NCBI GenBank assembly: GCA_041649755.1
Contig: JBAZMK010000001.1
Location: forward strand, 66,826 to 130,825
Source of the DNA: Candidatus Pacearchaeota archaeon
GTDB lineage: Archaea; Nanobdellota; Nanobdellia; Pacearchaeales; GW2011-AR1
Reading direction: 5' to 3'
Length of the DNA: 64,000 nt
In this document: one piece after another, positions 63,197 to 64,000 of the stretch
Numbering within the stretch: the first letter of the stretch is position 1
Layout: the number at the start of each line of letters is the position of its first letter
Translations under genes and position numbers: made by a program
The notes under the pieces: generated by a model
The model's input: the letters and a program-made list of their open reading frames with translations, nothing else
What the model was told of the DNA's origin: nothing
The model's database searches: none

Positions 63197-64000
63197 ATGG
63201 TTAAAGGCAAGACTACCTTGATTATTACAGAAAAACCTCAGGCAGCGGCAAAAATAGCTCACGCTTTAAGTGACGGAAAAGATGAAAAAATAAACTCAAA
63301 AGAGAAGGTTTCTTATTATGAGTTTTATAAAAACAACAGAAGATATGTTGTCGGGTGTGCTGTCGGACATCTTTACGGCATTACTCAAACCGCCCCTAGA
63401 GGGACTTTTCCAAATTTTGAAGTTGAGTGGCGACCTACATTTACAAATAAAGGTAGTGCATTTACAAAGAAGTATTTTGACTTACTGAAGAAACTTGCGA
63501 GAGAATCTGATGAGTTTATTGTTGCAACAGACTTTGATGTTGAAGGGGAAGTTATCGGCTGGAATGTTGTCCGTTTTATATGTGGAAAAAAAGACGCAAA
63601 AAGAATGAAGTTTTCATCGTTGACTAATGAGGCATTGACAGAAAGTTTTGAATCAATTCTGCCTACGATTAACTGGGGTGCTGCTGTTGCCGGGGAAACA
63701 AGACACTTAATTGACTGGTTTTACGGAATAAATCTTTCAAGAGGGTTGATGAAAGCTCTTTCAAAAACGGGCGCATTCAGAATTCTTTCAATCGGAAGAG
63801 TCCAGGGTCCTTCTTTAAAAATTGTTTATGACAGGGAAATGGAGATTGAAGCTTTTAAGTCTGAACCTTTTTGGCAGATTTTCCTTCAAGTTAAAGACAT
63901 AAAAAATCAGAAAGTTGAGGTTAAGTTTCCTAAAGATATATTCAAGGAATCTGAATTGTTAAAGTTTAGGCATCTTAAAGGAAAGAAAGGGGTCGCATCA
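63197..64000 (+). CDS. topA: DNA topoisomerase I (type IA), 5' part, runs off the window end
   Basis: My translation: LIITEKPQAAAKIAHAL, AVGHL, ATDFDVEGEVIG, RMKFS, LSIGRVQGP. Confidence 0.95.
   Translation, partial: MVKGKTTLIITEKPQAAAKIAHALSDGKDEKINSKEKVSYYEFYKNNRRYVVGCAVGHLYGITQTAPRGTFPNFEVEWRPTFTNKGSAFTKKYFDLLKKLARESDEFIVATDFDVEGEVIGWNVVRFICGKKDAKRMKFSSLTNEALTESFESILPTINWGAAVAGETRHLIDWFYGINLSRGLMKALSKTGAFRILSIGRVQGPSLKIVYDREMEIEAFKSEPFWQIFLQVKDIKNQKVEVKFPKDIFKESELLKFRHLKGKKGVAS

Overview
AT-rich chromosomal segment from a reduced-genome archaeon. A DPANN lineage (Pacearchaeota/Woesearchaeota-like) is inferred from gene content and protein style. Most of the window is housekeeping: aEF-2, LysRS, TrpRS, ThrRS, Kae1, L7Ae/S28e/L24e/L15e, Elp3, IscS/IscU, RNase HII, RNase J, proteasome alpha, Pop5, Mre11/Rad50, RpoL, RadB and TopA, plus an intron-containing tRNA-Ile(UAU). 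The standout locus is a four-gene surface-protein operon (53120-61207, minus strand). Its 1922-aa lead protein carries a 372-aa intein (56630-57745). Where an intein normally holds a homing endonuclease, this one holds a complete, oppositely oriented type II toxin-antitoxin operon (TATA box, palindromic operator, RHH-like antitoxin, RelE-like toxin, T-tract). The host/intein frame stays open across the whole cassette, and codon and amino-acid usage in both TA genes fits selection to keep it open. The operon also looks like a fibre/pilus-type system, because the giant protein ends in a domain homologous to the next small secreted protein. Other oddities are an SMC-type ATPase with a central Rad50-like zinc hook and no recognisable hinge, a full-length DisA, a receptor-like protein with a degenerate class III cyclase domain, an RQC-UvrD fusion, a 53-aa histone-fold protein missed by the ORF track, and two gene remnants. 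All product calls come from motif recognition by eye; no database searches were run.
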